A stretch of DNA of 64,000 nucleotides, taken from positions 310,001 to 374,000 of the forward strand of contig QPMI01000514.1 in assembly GCA_004431415.1 (NCBI GenBank), read 5' to 3'. The notes beneath the pieces are model-generated. The model was not told the origin of the DNA. It did no database searches and saw nothing but the letters and a program-made list of their open reading frames with translations. Below, piece after piece: positions 61,927 to 64,000 of this stretch (its first letter is position 1; the number at the start of each line of letters is the position of its first letter). This DNA comes from Cyanophora paradoxa CCMP329 (taxonomy: Eukaryota > Plantae > Glaucophyta). Made by a program: the position numbers and the translations under genes.

Positions 61927-64000
61927 CTACCGCTTGCGGCCCGTCACCGCCCGCCGCAGGCGCTTCGCCGGCTTCTCGCGCTTCTGCCGCCGCGCCGCCT
62001 CGGCCCGCGCCCCCGCCGCGAGCGCCGCCGCCTTGCGCTTCTTGCCCCAGCCCTCGCGCGGACCCCCGGCGCCGCCCGCGCCGGCGACGGCGACTGCGGC
62101 GGACCCGACGGCCGCGCGGACCGCCTCGACGGCCTCGCTCGAGGCGGTGAAGTAGCTCCGGGAGACGCCTGCGCGGAGGGGCGCGGCGCAGGCGTCAGGC
62201 AAGCGGGTCGCCTTCGCTCGAGCAGGGGCGGGGCCGGGGCGGGCCGATGGGGACGAGGGGCCGGGCGAGGAGGGCGTCGAGGTCGGCGCGGAGGCGGGCG
62301 AGCTCGCGCCCCTTCACCTCCCGCGCCCGCTGCTCCGCCAGCTCCTCGCTGCGCCCCGGGCCCGCCGTCACCCCCGCCCGCGCTCGAGCCGGCAGGCGGC
62401 GCCGCCTCGCGCTCGTTAGGCCCGAGCGTGCGCCTCGCTTAGCTCGAGGCGCCGTCGGGGGCCGCCGGGGGCACGCTTAGGTCCAGGTCAAGGCTAAGCT
62501 CGGCTTGAGCGGGGGCCGGGGGCGGGGGGCGGACATCTCGTCCTTGGGGCGGGCCTCCTCGTCCATCTCCGCCGCCTCCGCCCCGCGCTTGAACCACGCC
62601 TCCTTCACGCGCCCCTGCCCGCGCCGCGCCCGATCAGATCAGATCAGGTCAGGTCAGGTCGCATCGGATTTCAGATGAGATCTGACCTTGCGGGAGCGGT
62701 TGAGGGCGACGTCGAGGCGGCGGGCGAGGGCGAGGCGCTCGCGCAGCGCCGGCACGTACACCGCCTCCACCTCCAGGTCCGGCAGGCCCCCTGCCCTGCC
62801 CCTGAGCACAGCGGCACAGCACAGGGGCGCGGCGCGGCGGGCGGCGCACGGCGGTCGAGGAACTTGAGAATGGACGCGAAGAAGGGCCGGTCGTCGGCGC
62901 TGTGGCGGGGCGGGACGGGGGCCGACGTCACACGCCGGCGCGGGGCGGGGCGGGGCGGGGCGGCGGCTGGAGGGAGGGCGGCACCTGACGAGGGCGACGG
63001 AGGTGCCGGTGCGCATGGCGCGCGCCGTGCGCCCGCCCCGGTGCACGTACGTCTGCCGCGCGTTCCAGATCTCAGCAAGGCGGGGAGGGCGAGGGGGGCA
63101 GGGAAAGCGAGGCGACCTCGGGCGTGCGGGGCAGCTGGTAGTGCACCACGCTCCGGACCTGCGGCGCGCGCGTAAGGGCTCGGGATCGACTCCGGGCGGG
63201 TCGGGATCGTCGTGGGGACCTCGGGGATGTCGAGGCCGCGGGCGGCGACGTCGGTGGCGACGAGCACGGCGTTCTCCTCCTTGCCGAAGCGGTCCAGGCT
63301 CTTCAGGCGCTGCCGCTGCGTCCGCCCCGCGTCAGCGCCTTCACGCTGGCGGCGCGGGGCGGGGCGGGGGGCGGGCGCCTGCTGCATGGCGGCGTGGAGG
63401 CCCCAGGCCTTGACGCCGAGCAGCGTGAGGATGTTCACCAGCCTGGGGGAGAGGGGAGGAGGTGAGGGCGGGGGAGGGGGGCGGGGGAGGGGGCGGGGCG
63501 GGCCGCTTGACGGCGGTGACGGCGTTGACGAAGACGATGGTGCGGCCCCCGATGCGCTGCGCCACGTAGTACACGTACTGGTCCTGCGCCGGCGCGCGCC
63601 ACGGGGGCGGCGCGTGGGCGTGCGGAGGAGCGGGGAGATGCGAGGGGCGAGCGGACCTTGTCCTCCTTGGCGCACTCGACCTTGCGCTGGTCGAGGCCCG
63701 ACACGACCCGCTGCAGGCCCCGCCCCGGTCACGCCGGGGCAAGCGCGGGGCGGGACGGGGCGGGGGAGGGGGCGGGGGCGGCGGGCCTGGAGGGGCGTCA
63801 GGTCGACGATGCGCGGCTGCGAGCGGAACTCGATCTTGTCCAGCAGCTCGTCTGCCCCGCCCCGCCCCTCAGCGGCCCCGCAACGCGATTTCGCTCGACC
63901 GCGGCGCCGCACCGAGCTGCTTCTGGGTGGCCGTGCGCTCGTCGCTGGCCTTGCCGCCGCGCCTCGGCCTCTCCTCCTCCTCCTCGCCCTTCCTCCGCCG
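61927..64000 (-). CDS. DDX24: DEAD-box RNA helicase DDX24/MAK5-like, 3' part, multi-exon; 5' part outside the window
   Basis: GRTIVFVNAV, LHAAMQQ|RQRLKSLDRF, VLVATDVAARGLDIP, VVHYQLPRT, YVHRGGRTAR, and RERLALARRLD. The MQQRQRLK and HYQLPR forms point to DDX24/MAK5. Confidence 0.9.

Noticed and set aside
1-64000. Hundreds of long Arg/Pro/Ala/Gly-rich ORFs in the six-frame track (e.g. 12551-14041, 19651-21357, 53942-55843)
   Set aside because: Expected from stop-codon scarcity at very high GC. They are antisense shadows or read through introns of the spliced genes called above.

Overview
GC-rich, gene-dense eukaryotic nuclear DNA with many short spliceosomal introns (mostly ~55-100 nt, GT or GC donors, CTGAC-type branch sites, GCAG acceptors). 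Most long ORFs in the supplied track are therefore shadow or intron-read-through ORFs, and I rebuilt genes by hand from exon fragments. The style and gene families (plastid-type Cpn60, TmcB-like protein, F-box/LRR paralogues) suggest a unicellular alga, possibly a glaucophyte such as Cyanophora; this is inference only. Gene order: Cpn60 3' part (+), tRNA-derived SINE with TSD, TmcB-like membrane protein (+), inverted duplicate fused to a gene fragment, prenyltransferase alpha subunit (-), bHLH factor (+), two hypothetical genes, DUF4062-NACHT-LRR protein (+), 149-aa orphan gene (-), TA-flanked MITE, F-box pseudogene and divergent F-box/LRR pair, tRNA-Pro(CGG), GT61 glycosyltransferase (-), choline transporter-like gene (+), PEBP (-), DUF4062-NACHT-TPR protein (+), DDX24/MAK5 helicase 3' part (-). 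Best candidates for new biology: (1) two NLR-like STAND receptors with the same N-terminal module but different sensors, one with TPRs encoded in 126-nt phase-0 exon units; (2) pervasive period-6 double-palindrome micro-repeats in non-coding DNA; (3) frequent GC-AG introns with a GYSCGC donor; (4) an ~850-bp inverted duplication bracketing 6.9 kb. Exon boundaries are manual and not checked against transcripts.
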